From an uncultured Bacilli bacterium (GTDB taxonomy: Bacteria > Bacillota_I > Bacilli_A > RF39 > UBA660): a DNA stretch of 64,000 bases. Under the pieces are notes generated by a model. It saw only the letters and a list, made by a program, of their open reading frames with translations. It did not search any database and was not told where the DNA came from. A program made the position numbers and the translations under genes. Position 1 is the first letter of the stretch. The number at the start of each line of letters is the position of its first letter. Of the stretch, positions 38,653 to 49,237 are shown in pieces. The DNA is taken from the NCBI GenBank assembly GCA_934096125.1, contig CAKOLB010000006.1:778-64777 (forward strand). Reading direction: 5' to 3'.

Positions 38653-40134
38653 CTACTCGTCTTCTTTTTTCAAATAATTAATAGTTATAACGCTTGCATC
38701 TGCATCAGTATGCGGTGGTTCAATTTGTTCTCCTTGCGAATCTTCCTCTTTTACAACCACTTGCTCTTCTTCTAGTGGCATAATATCACCAATACCTTTA
38801 GTATAGATATAAGTTACTTCAATTGTTCCATCTATATAATTACCACTAGTATCACCTAAAACTTTCAAAAACTCATAACCATTAAATTCTTTTAATTCTG
38901 TTTGATAAGGATTTCCTACTGCATCTTCATAGTTTAAAGATGTAGTAAGTTTATTTCCTTCATCATCAACATAATTAACTATTAATTTTCCCATTTTTCT
39001 TTCTAGTTCAAACCCCATATCATAACCAAACTTCATATTTTCGTGAGCATTAACAACATATTCAAAATCAATAAACATTTTTATCGGCGTCAAATCATAA
39101 GTACTACCCTTTTTTATTTGACCTAAATCTTTATTAACTACTTTTTCTGTAACAGTATTTTTATGCCTCATATAATCGCCTAAATAAAAGCCACTATCTT
39201 TTGTATTATCTGTACTAAGCTTACTTCCAGATTCATCATAAATTGGATAAAAGCCTAAACCTTTATTATAAAACCAGTTATAACCAAGACTACTTACTAA
39301 AGCATTAGTTTCTCTATTAGAGCAAGTATTTCCGTTTAAAATACCTCCTAAGTACTCATTAAGAGAGTCCATATAACCATAAATAGCTTTTCCTGGTAAG
39401 TCTTCTAAAACTTTAGCATCACTCTTAAATACTTTATTATAATAATCTAAATAATATTTATCTAAATCATTAATTCCATTTGCATAACCTGTCCTCACTA
39501 ATTCGGCTCCTAAAATTTCATCAGTTAGCAAAACATCACATAAATTTGATTTCCAATTAGTTGAAAAAGTACATAAGACCTCATCATTTAAACGATAAAC
39601 ATACTTCCATGACCTATTAACTTTTTCTCTTTTAGTCATTTCAGAATTTTCATATAACTTTTTAAGCGCATCATTCATCGTTCTATTAACAGACCAATTC
39701 GCCGCTATAAGCTGACCATCAAATGATTTTGTATCTTTAACATAAGTTCCACTTGCCTTACCATTTCTATCAAAACTATAATAAATACTATGACTATCAA
39801 GTCCACTTAAATCTTTAGTTATAACTTGAAAAGAATTCTTAACATAACTAAAATCAAACTTTGAATCATTGATAATTCTAACAGCAAATGGTTTACTTTG
39901 CCCAGGAACATACTTCCCTTCCGTAATGCGAGCAACATCTTCACTTATATTGAAGTATACTTTTTTCTTATCATAATCTTTAGATATCGTATAAGTAATC
40001 ATATCACCATTAAAACTTACACTTACGCCATTAGATGTCTCACCAAGCTCTACTCGCGTAACATCCCACTTTGACGCTGAAACACTCATCATCCCCATTA
40101 CTAGCAATAACATTGCAAACAATCTCTTTTTCAT
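38653..40134 (-). CDS. secreted protein with C-terminal MucBP-like domain
   Basis: Signal peptide. The C-terminal VNYVDDEGNKL...GNPYQTELKEFNGYEF...GTIEVTYIYTK matches the MucBP repeat pattern. Confidence 0.5.
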   Translation of the reverse strand: MKKRLFAMLLLVMGMMSVSASKWDVTRVELGETSNGVSVSFNGDMITYTISKDYDKKKVYFNISEDVARITEGKYVPGQSKPFAVRIINDSKFDFSYVKNSFQVITKDLSGLDSHSIYYSFDRNGKASGTYVKDTKSFDGQLIAANWSVNRTMNDALKKLYENSEMTKREKVNRSWKYVYRLNDEVLCTFSTNWKSNLCDVLLTDEILGAELVRTGYANGINDLDKYYLDYYNKVFKSDAKVLEDLPGKAIYGYMDSLNEYLGGILNGNTCSNRETNALVSSLGYNWFYNKGLGFYPIYDESGSKLSTDNTKDSGFYLGDYMRHKNTVTEKVVNKDLGQIKKGSTYDLTPIKMFIDFEYVVNAHENMKFGYDMGFELERKMGKLIVNYVDDEGNKLTTSLNYEDAVGNPYQTELKEFNGYEFLKVLGDTSGNYIDGTIEVTYIYTKGIGDIMPLEEEQVVVKEEDSQGEQIEPPHTDADASVITINYLKKEDE

Positions 40135-40410
40135 TCCTACAGTCCTTTCCTACAAATATAATATTCATTTCTTTCCTAAGGTATACTATATCTATCCTCC
40201 AAAAAGGGCAAGTTCACTCGAAACTGCTCACAAAATAACTCTTAAACCAAACCCTACTTTAGAAGGGCTAACATAGCCTTTCCTTATTGACATTTATCCT
40301 AAGCGAAATATCGACAAAAGTCAACAAAAAATTAGCATATTTTTCCAAAAAATTTATTTTAAAAAAACTTTAAAACAATTGTTCTAAAGTTTTATATCCC
40401 CCAAATACAT

Positions 40411-41133
40411 CTACTTAATCTTTTTAGCACACACAAGCAAATATTTATTTTTATATTTTTTATACTTTTTATGATGACTACAAGTCTGTAAAATTAGTAT
40501 CTCATCATCTTCTGACAACTTTCCCCCAGTTTCATACCAAGACTTAGACTTTAGCTTTTTTAAATGACTAAGCCACTTATCTTTAGTTAAATTATTATCC
40601 ATATAACCCCAATCACTAGTTTCAACAAATACTGAAAAAATCTGATACTGCCATTTATTTTCTTTATCCTCTAAATAGATATATTTATTTTTTTCATAAA
40701 ACTTTTCATCATAATATTTCTCTAAATCTTTAAATGGTACATCTAGTGATGATGAGTTATGACTATAAATTATATTTTTCTCTTTATTTATAACCATTCG
40801 ATAATCAAGATAAACGGACCCTACCATATTTTTCTTTTTATCTATTCCATGACTTAAATAAAAAGAGTTATCACTTCCCTGCAAGACTGGCTCACTAATC
40901 GAAGTTCCAGGCACAATCAAATACCCTATAATATCTTTATTATTATACTCATTTTGAAGTTCTACTACTTTAGTTATTTGCATTTTTGCATAACTATCAC
41001 AAGCAAATGTTCCTTCATAAATAATTCTGTTACTATCTTTTTCCAAAAACAGTATGGAAAAAGATAGTAACATAGCTCCTAGAACAAAGCCTAAAAGCCT
41101 CTGATACGAAATCTTTTCCATTATAATCCCCAC
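40411..41133 (-). CDS. srtB: class B sortase
   Basis: N-terminal TM helix, His in IIYSHNSS, TLxTC-like LILQTCSH; 240 aa. Confidence 0.55.
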   Translation of the reverse strand: MGIIMEKISYQRLLGFVLGAMLLSFSILFLEKDSNRIIYEGTFACDSYAKMQITKVVELQNEYNNKDIIGYLIVPGTSISEPVLQGSDNSFYLSHGIDKKKNMVGSVYLDYRMVINKEKNIIYSHNSSSLDVPFKDLEKYYDEKFYEKNKYIYLEDKENKWQYQIFSVFVETSDWGYMDNNLTKDKWLSHLKKLKSKSWYETGGKLSEDDEILILQTCSHHKKYKKYKNKYLLVCAKKIK

Positions 41134-41202
41134 AATATGCCCCTATCCTATCATTGTTTTAATTATATGTCAATTAAAAAAAATGATTACATTTTGTAAC
41201 CA

Positions 41203-42423
41203 TTATTTCACTACTTTAAATATTGTCGGAATTCCTCTTGTTCTATGTCTCATCGCTGAATCAATTGGATCATTAATCATTTTTCCTTCAACCACCATAA
41301 CACTAGAAGTACCTCCATCAAGGTTAGAAGCATTAACCGCTCCATATCTTTGCATAATCTGTACTAAATCTGCCATTGTAGCCCCTTTACTTCTTGTCTC
41401 ATTACTATCTACAACTAAAAATAATACAATTCCATCTTTTCTTTGACCAATCGCCGTTCTCGCAGCAATTCCCCAACCGCCATTACCTTTAACATACGAA
41501 GGCTTACCATTAACAATCAAGAAAGGTCCCATTGTTACGGCATCTCTAATTCCCTCATGGATTAATTGGTGAGCATTAAAATTTTGTTTCAAAACTAAAG
41601 TATTATCCTTATTAAAGCCAATAACTCCATAGCTACCTCCAACTTTTTCATCAGTAATAATCTTTCCATTACTAATAGTAACTCCAATTGGGTCTGCCCC
41701 TTTACTATTTTGACCTGGGTCTTTAAATCCTCCCCCATTAATAGTTAAAACAGAGTTTTGTTCTTTAGCCATATCATAAATGTATTGACCACTAGTATGA
41801 AGCCACTTTGTATAACCAACACTTATTTTACTAGCATCATATACAACTCCAAGATAAGCATTTACATCATTATATTTAAATTTAATAACTTTATATAACT
41901 CACCCTTTTTATGTTCTAACACAGCTTTTTCATACTCATTTTCATAATCTATAGTTTTTTTATGGTCAACTAAACTCGGGTCAGTCTCCGCTCCACCAGC
42001 ATCAATATAATTAGAACCAAGCACTTTATTAATATACTCATCACTATAAAATATCCGGCAATAATACTGATGATTCATCGTTCCCATTGCTGTTGTAATC
42101 AGCCAGTTTCGAAACCCATCATAAGGACCATACAAAATAAAGATAAAACCACTACAGCCAAGCATATAAAGACTTATTAGAATAGATACCAAAACAAGCT
42201 TTAAAGCCTTAAAACTTTTCCTATACCAATATTTACATCGCCAGTATATACCAAAAACTAAAGTAATAAAGCTAATAACACAAATAATCATGAAACCTAT
42301 TTTAAGAGGCATTTTAACTAAATAGTCAGAATGAAAACCAATAATAGCTAGAACTAAACTACTAAAAAATACAAATAAACTTCCTAAAATTATTACTATG
42401 CCTCTTTTTTTTCTATTCTTCAT
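41203..42423 (-). CDS. phosphodiester glycosidase (DUF2233/NAGPA-like) family membrane protein
   Basis: Four N-terminal TM helices and a C-terminal domain (...GGGF..PG..S.G.DPIGVTI.NG...DGGTSS) typical of PF09992. Confidence 0.55.
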   Translation of the reverse strand: MKNRKKRGIVIILGSLFVFFSSLVLAIIGFHSDYLVKMPLKIGFMIICVISFITLVFGIYWRCKYWYRKSFKALKLVLVSILISLYMLGCSGFIFILYGPYDGFRNWLITTAMGTMNHQYYCRIFYSDEYINKVLGSNYIDAGGAETDPSLVDHKKTIDYENEYEKAVLEHKKGELYKVIKFKYNDVNAYLGVVYDASKISVGYTKWLHTSGQYIYDMAKEQNSVLTINGGGFKDPGQNSKGADPIGVTISNGKIITDEKVGGSYGVIGFNKDNTLVLKQNFNAHQLIHEGIRDAVTMGPFLIVNGKPSYVKGNGGWGIAARTAIGQRKDGIVLFLVVDSNETRSKGATMADLVQIMQRYGAVNASNLDGGTSSVMVVEGKMINDPIDSAMRHRTRGIPTIFKVVK

Positions 42424-42457
42424 ATTATCTACACCACTTTAATATTTATATCATAAA

Positions 42458-43315
42458 TTAATGTTTATGACAACTTATTATATATTCCTTGACACTTTCA
42501 ATTGTCTTATTAAAATCTTCATAATCTACAGTAAACCATTTCAAATCCATTTTATTATTAAACCAAGTATATTGCCTTTTTGCATAATGCCTACTATTTT
42601 TCTTTATTAAATCTATCATTTCTTCTTTATTTATATTACCATCTAAATACTCAATTACTTCTTTATAACCTATCGCTCTTTTCAGAACTAAACTATCTTT
42701 ATATTTATCTTTTAAACATTTTACTTCTTCAATTAACCCATCATCAATCATTTTATCAACCCTCTTATTTATAATACTATATAAATTTTCTCTATCAGTT
42801 GTAAGTCCCACAAAAACTACATCATCATATAGAAGTTTCGCTTCTTTTTTTACATTATTTCTTTTAAGTATTCTTTCCATTCTAACTCTATTATTAACAT
42901 GAATATCTATATCTTTATCTTTCTTCTTTATAATGTCATATAATTCTTCATTAGTATACTTATCTAAAGTAATATCTTTATCATTTAGAAAAACATAATC
43001 ATAAAATAAAGCACTTGCATAAAGTCCTGTTCCTCCTACCACAATAAAATTTTTATGAGGATTTTTCTCAAATATCTCGCGAGCACCTTTCTGAAAATCT
43101 CTGACATTATACTCTTCATCTGGACTTTTAATATCTAGTAAATAATGCTTAACACCTTCCATTTCCTCCCTTGTTACCTTTGCACTACCAATATTTAAAT
43201 CTTTATACACTTGCACAGCATCTAAATTAATAACATCAGCATTTAACCACTTTGCAAGTTCGATACTCATTTTTGTCTTACCAACACCTGTTGGTCCTAA
43301 AACTACTACTTTCAC
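42458..43315 (-). CDS. miaA: tRNA dimethylallyltransferase
   Basis: P-loop GPTGVGKT, then DAVQVY and IGSAKVT. Confidence 0.9.
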   Translation of the reverse strand: MKVVVLGPTGVGKTKMSIELAKWLNADVINLDAVQVYKDLNIGSAKVTREEMEGVKHYLLDIKSPDEEYNVRDFQKGAREIFEKNPHKNFIVVGGTGLYASALFYDYVFLNDKDITLDKYTNEELYDIIKKKDKDIDIHVNNRVRMERILKRNNVKKEAKLLYDDVVFVGLTTDRENLYSIINKRVDKMIDDGLIEEVKCLKDKYKDSLVLKRAIGYKEVIEYLDGNINKEEMIDLIKKNSRHYAKRQYTWFNNKMDLKWFTVDYEDFNKTIESVKEYIISCHKH

Positions 43316-43387
43316 ATGCCACCTCTAAAATATTATAACATTTACTTCTATTTTTTTAAATGCTATAATTTCTATGAGGTGACAAAG

Positions 43388-43753
43388 ATGATTACAGGAG
43401 AATTTCTAGATTATAATAATGTAGTAGTAAGTGAAGATGAGAAAGGATATAAAGTATCTGTTGAAATAACAGACAGAACTCTTAACCCATTTGACATGGT
43501 CCATGGTGGCCTTACCTTTTCACTAGGAGATACAGTCATGGGCTTAGAGACTAGAAAAATAAGCGGAGGCAAAACTGCTGTAACTTTAAATGCTTCAATT
43601 GAATTTTTACGTCCCGGAAAAGGAAAGTATTTAATTGCTCGAGGAAAAGTTATCAAGCTTGGAAAACAAACATGTACTTTACAAGCCGAAATAAAAAATG
43701 AAGAGGATAAACTTATTGCCATCATGACTTCCACATACGTTTTTATCTCTTAA
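43388..43753 (+). CDS. PaaI/hotdog-fold thioesterase
   Basis: DMVHGGLTFSLGDTVMGL is characteristic. The start is at 43388, which has a GAGGTGA SD. Confidence 0.7.
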   Translation: MITGEFLDYNNVVVSEDEKGYKVSVEITDRTLNPFDMVHGGLTFSLGDTVMGLETRKISGGKTAVTLNASIEFLRPGKGKYLIARGKVIKLGKQTCTLQAEIKNEEDKLIAIMTSTYVFIS

Positions 43754-43762
43754 GGTGTTTTT

Positions 43763-44851
43763 ATGGATGTTATCGGTATAATATGTGAGTACAACCCTTT
43801 TCATAATGGCCACATCTATCACATTCAAAAAATCAAAGAAAAATATCCAAATTCTTTAATTATTCTCATTTTAAATGGATACTTTTTACAAAGAGGCGAA
43901 ATATCCATTTTATCTAAAGAAAATAAAACTAAGATTGCCATGAATAATGGCATCGATATAGTAATGGAACTACCTACCATTTTTGGAAGTCAATCTGCAG
44001 ATAATTTTGCAAATAGCTCCATTAGTATTTTAAATAAACTTGGGGTTAGTAAAATAATCTTTGGAAGTGAGTGCAATGACAAAGAAAAACTTACACACCT
44101 TGCAAAAGCTCAAAACTCACCAGAGTTTGTGAAAAACTTAAAAAATTATTTACAACAAGGCTTAAATTATCCAACTGCTCTATCACTTGCAAGTAGTAAA
44201 GAGTTTACATATAACCCCAATGACATTTTAGGTATTTCTTATATTAAGAGTATTTTAAATAATAATTTTAATATTTCATATGAAACAATTAAAAGAACAA
44301 ATGATTATCATAACATAGAAGGTGATGATGAAATCATCAGTGGCGTGGGCATAAGAGCAAGACTAGCTAGTAATGAAAGTATTGATAAGTATGTCCCTAA
44401 AGAAGTACTAAGCGCTATAGAAAGTGTAGATACAAAAAGATACTTCCATCTTTTAAAAGTCAAAATTCTAACCGACAACCACTTACTTGAGTATTTAGAT
44501 GTTGATGAAGGTATTGAATATAGACTTCAAAAGCATATAAAAAAAGCACAAACACTCACTGAGTTTATAAACCTTATCAAAACCAGAAGATATACTTATA
44601 ATCGTTTAAACAGAATGTTTATTCATATTCTTCTTGGCATACCCAAAACTATTAATGAAGAAAGTATCTCTCTAAAAGTTCTTGGATTTACCAAAAAGGG
44701 CCAAAAATACTTAAAAAAAATAAAGTATAAAAATGTTGAAAATAAAACTATCTGGGAATATGAAAGAAAAGCAAGCATCATCTATGATATAATTTGTCAT
44801 ACCAACACTTACGAGTTCGAACTAAAAAACAAACCAGTTATCAAAGACTGA
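43763..44851 (+). CDS. tmcAL: tRNA(Met) cytidine acetate ligase (YlbM/UPF0348)
   Basis: N-terminal GIICEYNPFHNGH nucleotidyltransferase motif and overall length. Confidence 0.8.
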   Translation: MDVIGIICEYNPFHNGHIYHIQKIKEKYPNSLIILILNGYFLQRGEISILSKENKTKIAMNNGIDIVMELPTIFGSQSADNFANSSISILNKLGVSKIIFGSECNDKEKLTHLAKAQNSPEFVKNLKNYLQQGLNYPTALSLASSKEFTYNPNDILGISYIKSILNNNFNISYETIKRTNDYHNIEGDDEIISGVGIRARLASNESIDKYVPKEVLSAIESVDTKRYFHLLKVKILTDNHLLEYLDVDEGIEYRLQKHIKKAQTLTEFINLIKTRRYTYNRLNRMFIHILLGIPKTINEESISLKVLGFTKKGQKYLKKIKYKNVENKTIWEYERKASIIYDIICHTNTYEFELKNKPVIKD

Positions 44852-45479
44852 TTTGTTTTTCTTTTGACTTATTTATATCATTCAACACATCTTTTAACTT
44901 TACCAAAGCTTTATCTATAGTAAGTCTCACCTTCGCTGGATGAACATCAAGTCTCCTAGCAATTTCACTTATATTGTATTTGACATAACCAAGCCCAAAA
45001 TATTCCTTTAAAACTCTAAGTTCCAAAGGATCAAGTACTAATAAATCCTCTGTGCTTAAAAAACAGGTTTCCATTACTTTTTTATAATAATTTTTATACT
45101 CATCACTTGTCATATTACCTATCTCATCAATACTATAAACCGGCTCATCTATTATCCACTTATGCATATAATAATAGTTATAATCAAGCCTCATAAAGGA
45201 AAGTAGCCCATAAAAATAATCCTTGCGATAAAGCACTTCAATTATTGATAATTTCTTTTTAAAACGAGTAAAATAGTTTCTTTTAATAGCGCTAACATTG
45301 GCAAGACCTAGTTCTTTTTCAAGTTCTTTAGCTCTTGTTACCTCACCAGCAGTACCAAAAAGCCGTCTTAATATATATGTCTCTTTCTCCGACATAAATG
45401 TAACTTTTGTAAGTTTTCCAAATAACTTCTCCACTTCATACTTTATTGCAACTATATATTTATCTTGCTCATCTGGCAT
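44841..45479 (-). CDS. protein with two tandem sigma-70 region-4-like HTH domains
   Basis: Residues about 30-77 (ETYILRRLFG...ELEKELGLANVSAIKRNYFTRFKK) and about 140-200 (LELRVLKEYFGLG...SEIARRLDVHPAKVRLTIDKALVKLK) each match region 4.2. There is no region 2. Confidence 0.45.
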   Translation of the reverse strand: MPDEQDKYIVAIKYEVEKLFGKLTKVTFMSEKETYILRRLFGTAGEVTRAKELEKELGLANVSAIKRNYFTRFKKKLSIIEVLYRKDYFYGLLSFMRLDYNYYYMHKWIIDEPVYSIDEIGNMTSDEYKNYYKKVMETCFLSTEDLLVLDPLELRVLKEYFGLGYVKYNISEIARRLDVHPAKVRLTIDKALVKLKDVLNDINKSKEKQISL

Positions 45480-45535
45480 AAGCTCTAACTTTTCTAAAAC
45501 AATTTTTAATACTTCTTCTCTAGTTATTTTAACAC

Positions 45536-45982
45536 CTACTTAGATATTTTTTTCATCACATATAGCTTTGTATCTTCATAACTTAAGCCCAAAGCAATAC
45601 TAAGTTCATCATATAAATAATTTTCAGCTCGCTCAAAATACTCATTATCTCTATCACTAATCTTCTTATTATTACTAATTCTTACTTGATTTCTCATATA
45701 AGTTGTCTTAATAATTTTTACTAAATCTTCATGTGTTCCCGAACTCATAAGTTCTTTATATACTTGTTCAATAAGCCTATCGGTATTATCTACCACTTCA
45801 ATATCCGGAATTCTCTTAATCAAATCATCTACTTCACCTTTACTTATTACTTCTCTTAAAAGATTGGACTTCGTAGGTATTTTATACTTTATTGATTTAT
45901 CACGAATAGGTACAAGCTCATATACCCCATTTTCTTCTTTCACAACCTCACACACTTGTTTTCGATACACAATATATTTCAT
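45536..45982 (-). CDS. CarD/CdnL-family RNA-polymerase-binding regulator
   Basis: The N-terminal Tudor-like segment (YRKQVCEVVKEENGVYELVPI) and the C-terminal helices match CarD_CdnL_TRCF. Confidence 0.55.
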   Translation of the reverse strand: MKYIVYRKQVCEVVKEENGVYELVPIRDKSIKYKIPTKSNLLREVISKGEVDDLIKRIPDIEVVDNTDRLIEQVYKELMSSGTHEDLVKIIKTTYMRNQVRISNNKKISDRDNEYFERAENYLYDELSIALGLSYEDTKLYVMKKISK

Positions 45983-46081
45983 TTCTACCTCCCATAATAA
46001 ACAAAGCTATAAAACAGGACTTACGCCATATTTTATAGCCACACGTTTCTAACAACCATTATACCACTTTTTTCCCAAAAT

Positions 46082-46612
46082 TTAAACAGTCATTAATTCT
46101 TCATTCTTTTTCTTTATTTCTTCATCAACTATTTTATTATATTTATTAATTAATTCTTGAATATCTAAAAGTCTTGCTTTTTCTTCATCTTCCGGAATTT
46201 CTTCCTTTTTTATTTGATTATTAGCATCTTGTCTAATATTTCGAAGGGCAACCTTAGCTTCTTCTCCAAGCGCTTTAGCTTGTTTAACATATTCCATTCT
46301 TCTTTCTTCCGTAAGCTCAGGAATTGCCAAAATAATCATTTCCCCATTATTGGTGGGAGCTATTCCTAAATTTGCTTCATTAATCGCTCTTTCTATATCT
46401 TTTATTATCGATTTGTCATATGGTTTAATAAATAATTTTCTTGCTTCTGGGGCCGTAATATTGGCAACACTTTGAAGTGGTGTTTGGCTACCATAACATA
46501 AAACATTTATCCCATTTAACATCGCCGGATTTGCTCTTCCAGCCCGAACATTTAAAAGCTTAGTTTGTAAACTCTCTATTGTACTCATCATTCTTTTTTC
46601 AATCATTTCCAT
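46082..46612 (-). CDS. frr: ribosome recycling factor
   Basis: 176 aa with full-length RRF similarity. Confidence 0.95.
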   Translation of the reverse strand: MEMIEKRMMSTIESLQTKLLNVRAGRANPAMLNGINVLCYGSQTPLQSVANITAPEARKLFIKPYDKSIIKDIERAINEANLGIAPTNNGEMIILAIPELTEERRMEYVKQAKALGEEAKVALRNIRQDANNQIKKEEIPEDEEKARLLDIQELINKYNKIVDEEIKKKNEELMTV

Positions 46613-46627
46613 TATTTATATTCTCCC

Positions 46628-47386
46628 TTAATCAATTTCTATACTATCATTATAATTAATTTTATTAGATTTGACAATAAAATTAATCACTAACTTTCCG
46701 TTTTTACTAACACTTAAAGCCTTATTTGAACCATAACTACCTGTTTTAATACTTTCAAGTGTTCCATCTATATCAATAATTTGGCTATCACCATCTAAAA
46801 CCTGCGTACTACTTAGTCTATTTTTTATCGCCTCTTCTATATCACTTTCACTTTTATTAAATCTCTCAAGTAAATCCTCATTAGTAATTATTTCTCCAGT
46901 TTCTTTAGATACAACATAAGACTTAAGTGCAACTGGTAAACTTCCCAAAGCACAATTATACTTATAATCTTTAATAACTAAACTAACGTATTCTTTAAAG
47001 GTTTCCGATACATACTCCCTATAACCAGTTTCATATATATCTTGGTCACAAACCTCTCCATCTTGAAGTGTCACATCACTTGTCAAAGTATAACCTGAAT
47101 AAATACTTTCCAGCTCATTATGAAGTGTATTATTTATACTTTCCATTCCCTTAAAATTAATCACTACATCTTCTTTTATTATATCTTCCATTATTTCTTT
47201 TTCATTTTCAAAGTATATATAATCTTTAGAAGAATCTTGTTTTTTATCATCTACATTTTCTAAAGGCACATCACTTGACTTCGTATTTTTAATCATATAT
47301 TCTTTAAAATAAAACCCGCCAACTACAAAAAAGGTCAGTACTAAAAGAAGCAAAAACATCCCAATTTTATTTTTTGTATTTTCCAT
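46628..47386 (-). CDS. hypothetical membrane-anchored protein
   Basis: N-terminal TM helix; no family recognised. Confidence 0.3.
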   Translation of the reverse strand: MENTKNKIGMFLLLLVLTFFVVGGFYFKEYMIKNTKSSDVPLENVDDKKQDSSKDYIYFENEKEIMEDIIKEDVVINFKGMESINNTLHNELESIYSGYTLTSDVTLQDGEVCDQDIYETGYREYVSETFKEYVSLVIKDYKYNCALGSLPVALKSYVVSKETGEIITNEDLLERFNKSESDIEEAIKNRLSSTQVLDGDSQIIDIDGTLESIKTGSYGSNKALSVSKNGKLVINFIVKSNKINYNDSIEID

Positions 47387-47396
47387 TTATTTCACC

Positions 47397-48041
47397 TCAC
47401 TTTTGCAAATACTCTAGAAAGGCAGCTTTTATCTCAGCCTTTTTCTTTCCAACCTCAAAACTATTCCAGTATACTTGAGGTGTTACTTTCCCTGTTATAA
47501 ATGCCGTTTCACTATCAAAATATAACACTTCATCTTTAGATACCACTAGTAAAGATGGTGCATACATATCTGCATTACCTTTATCATTATAAGTCACATA
47601 ATTCTCAAGCTTAACCAGTATATCTTCATAAGAACCATTATTCTCTTGTCTATTCTTTCGAAAATCATAATAATATATTTCTTTAATCCCTACTTCTTTA
47701 GCAACATCATTAACTATCTTCGCATAATAATTAACCCATTCATTATTACTCATTCCAAATAACACAATACCTTTTTGCCCAGAGGCAACCATTCTTGCTT
47801 CCACTACATCAACATATTTGTAAACATTATCAGTGCCAACTTGGTTAAACTCCATAGCAAATTTCACATTATCTTTTATATTATGACTATAACTCATTGT
47901 CCCTAAATAAATAAACATGTAGATAAGGAAGGCAAAAATTAAAATATAAATTATCATTTGCCATTTACTTTTAAACATTTTTTCATTTTTTACATATATT
48001 TTTTTACCCATCAGAAAACATCTCCCCTTATATTTTATCAA
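47397..48041 (-). CDS. hypothetical membrane-anchored protein
   Basis: One TM helix; no family recognised. Confidence 0.3.
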   Translation of the reverse strand: MIKYKGRCFLMGKKIYVKNEKMFKSKWQMIIYILIFAFLIYMFIYLGTMSYSHNIKDNVKFAMEFNQVGTDNVYKYVDVVEARMVASGQKGIVLFGMSNNEWVNYYAKIVNDVAKEVGIKEIYYYDFRKNRQENNGSYEDILVKLENYVTYNDKGNADMYAPSLLVVSKDEVLYFDSETAFITGKVTPQVYWNSFEVGKKKAEIKAAFLEYLQK

Positions 48042-48107
48042 ACTATAATTATTTTATAAAGAAAAGGCTTACTAATATATGTCAATTCTTGTAAAAAACA
48101 AGCCTTC

Positions 48108-48887
48108 TTAAGCTTGTTTAAATCCTGTTAAATAAAAATTATCATCTTTTAAAGTATAAATATATTCAAATACAAAGAAGTCTTTTTCATTTTCATTAAA
48201 CTTTGCATCTAATTCACTTTGAGAAGCCTTTTCATCTTCTACAACTATTTCAATGTTTTCCTCATTACTTAATGTACTCGGTCCAACACTACCAGCATAT
48301 TCATATAACCCGTAATAACTAGCAATATAATTTTCTCCATACTTTTTCACATCTTTAAGTTTATAATTATATACCTTTTTTTGGTCAAGTTCACTTAACA
48401 AATCACTACCTAAAACTTTTTCATTATATACATACTTAGAAGTAGTACTATCATATTTATAAAGTGGTTCTTCATCTGTTTCCAAAATATAATAATCTTT
48501 CTTTTCAAGTCCTAAGGTACTTCCAAAAACAGCCACTAAATTATTTTCTAAAGTACTATAATTTTGCTCATTTAATATACCAGCCATATAAAGTTTATTA
48601 CTATTATTCATACTTGTAAAATAATTAATTAAATCACTTTTATTACTTTTTATATAGCTATATAATCCCCCTTTTATATAACTAGATACTTCCTTTTGTT
48701 TTAAAACATCTAAATTCTTCTCTTCTTTTAATAAATCACTAGAATTTAGTTTATTCTCTACTTTTCCAGTATTTTCAACCGTTTTATCATCTGTAAACTC
48801 AGTCCCTAAATAAAATCCACCAATACCCATTAGAACTGCACAAAATACAACAATAAGCGTAAAATATAATTCTTTCCCTTTTTCCAT
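48108..48887 (-). CDS. hypothetical membrane-anchored protein
   Basis: N-terminal TM helix; no family recognised. Confidence 0.3.
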   Translation of the reverse strand: MEKGKELYFTLIVVFCAVLMGIGGFYLGTEFTDDKTVENTGKVENKLNSSDLLKEEKNLDVLKQKEVSSYIKGGLYSYIKSNKSDLINYFTSMNNSNKLYMAGILNEQNYSTLENNLVAVFGSTLGLEKKDYYILETDEEPLYKYDSTTSKYVYNEKVLGSDLLSELDQKKVYNYKLKDVKKYGENYIASYYGLYEYAGSVGPSTLSNEENIEIVVEDEKASQSELDAKFNENEKDFFVFEYIYTLKDDNFYLTGFKQA

Positions 48888-49237
48888 AAAATTTCTCCTT
48901 CTTACTACTATTAGTACAAAACAATAATATCAAAATGACATAAAAAAAACAACCTCTTCTGGTTAGTTATATTGATAAGGCATATTACTTCTTAGGCTAA
49001 ACTTACTTAAAAAGCCAAAATGTAAAAGCCATTGCTTATAAAATGTGCTTTAAATGCTATTAAAGTATATACTTTAGCCAATTTGTTTTTCCAATATAAT
49101 TACACGAATAGCCACTATCATATCATACGCAGTATACCACAAAAAAAGACTATCTCTAGTCCTCTTCACAATTATTTTATCATTCGTTTTTGGAATCACA
49201 ATCATTAAATCCCTCAAATTACAAGTTACAACTGCTA

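Noticed and set aside
49074-49205. 43-aa minus-strand small ORF (MIVIPKTNDKIIVKRTRDSLFLWYTAYDMIVAIRVIILEKQIG) with a GAGGG SD.
   Set aside because: The same stretch contains an extended -10 (TGGTATACT) that fits a promoter for the downstream 48887 gene. It more likely lies within a promoter or 5' UTR than encodes a peptide. The SD keeps it a weak possibility.
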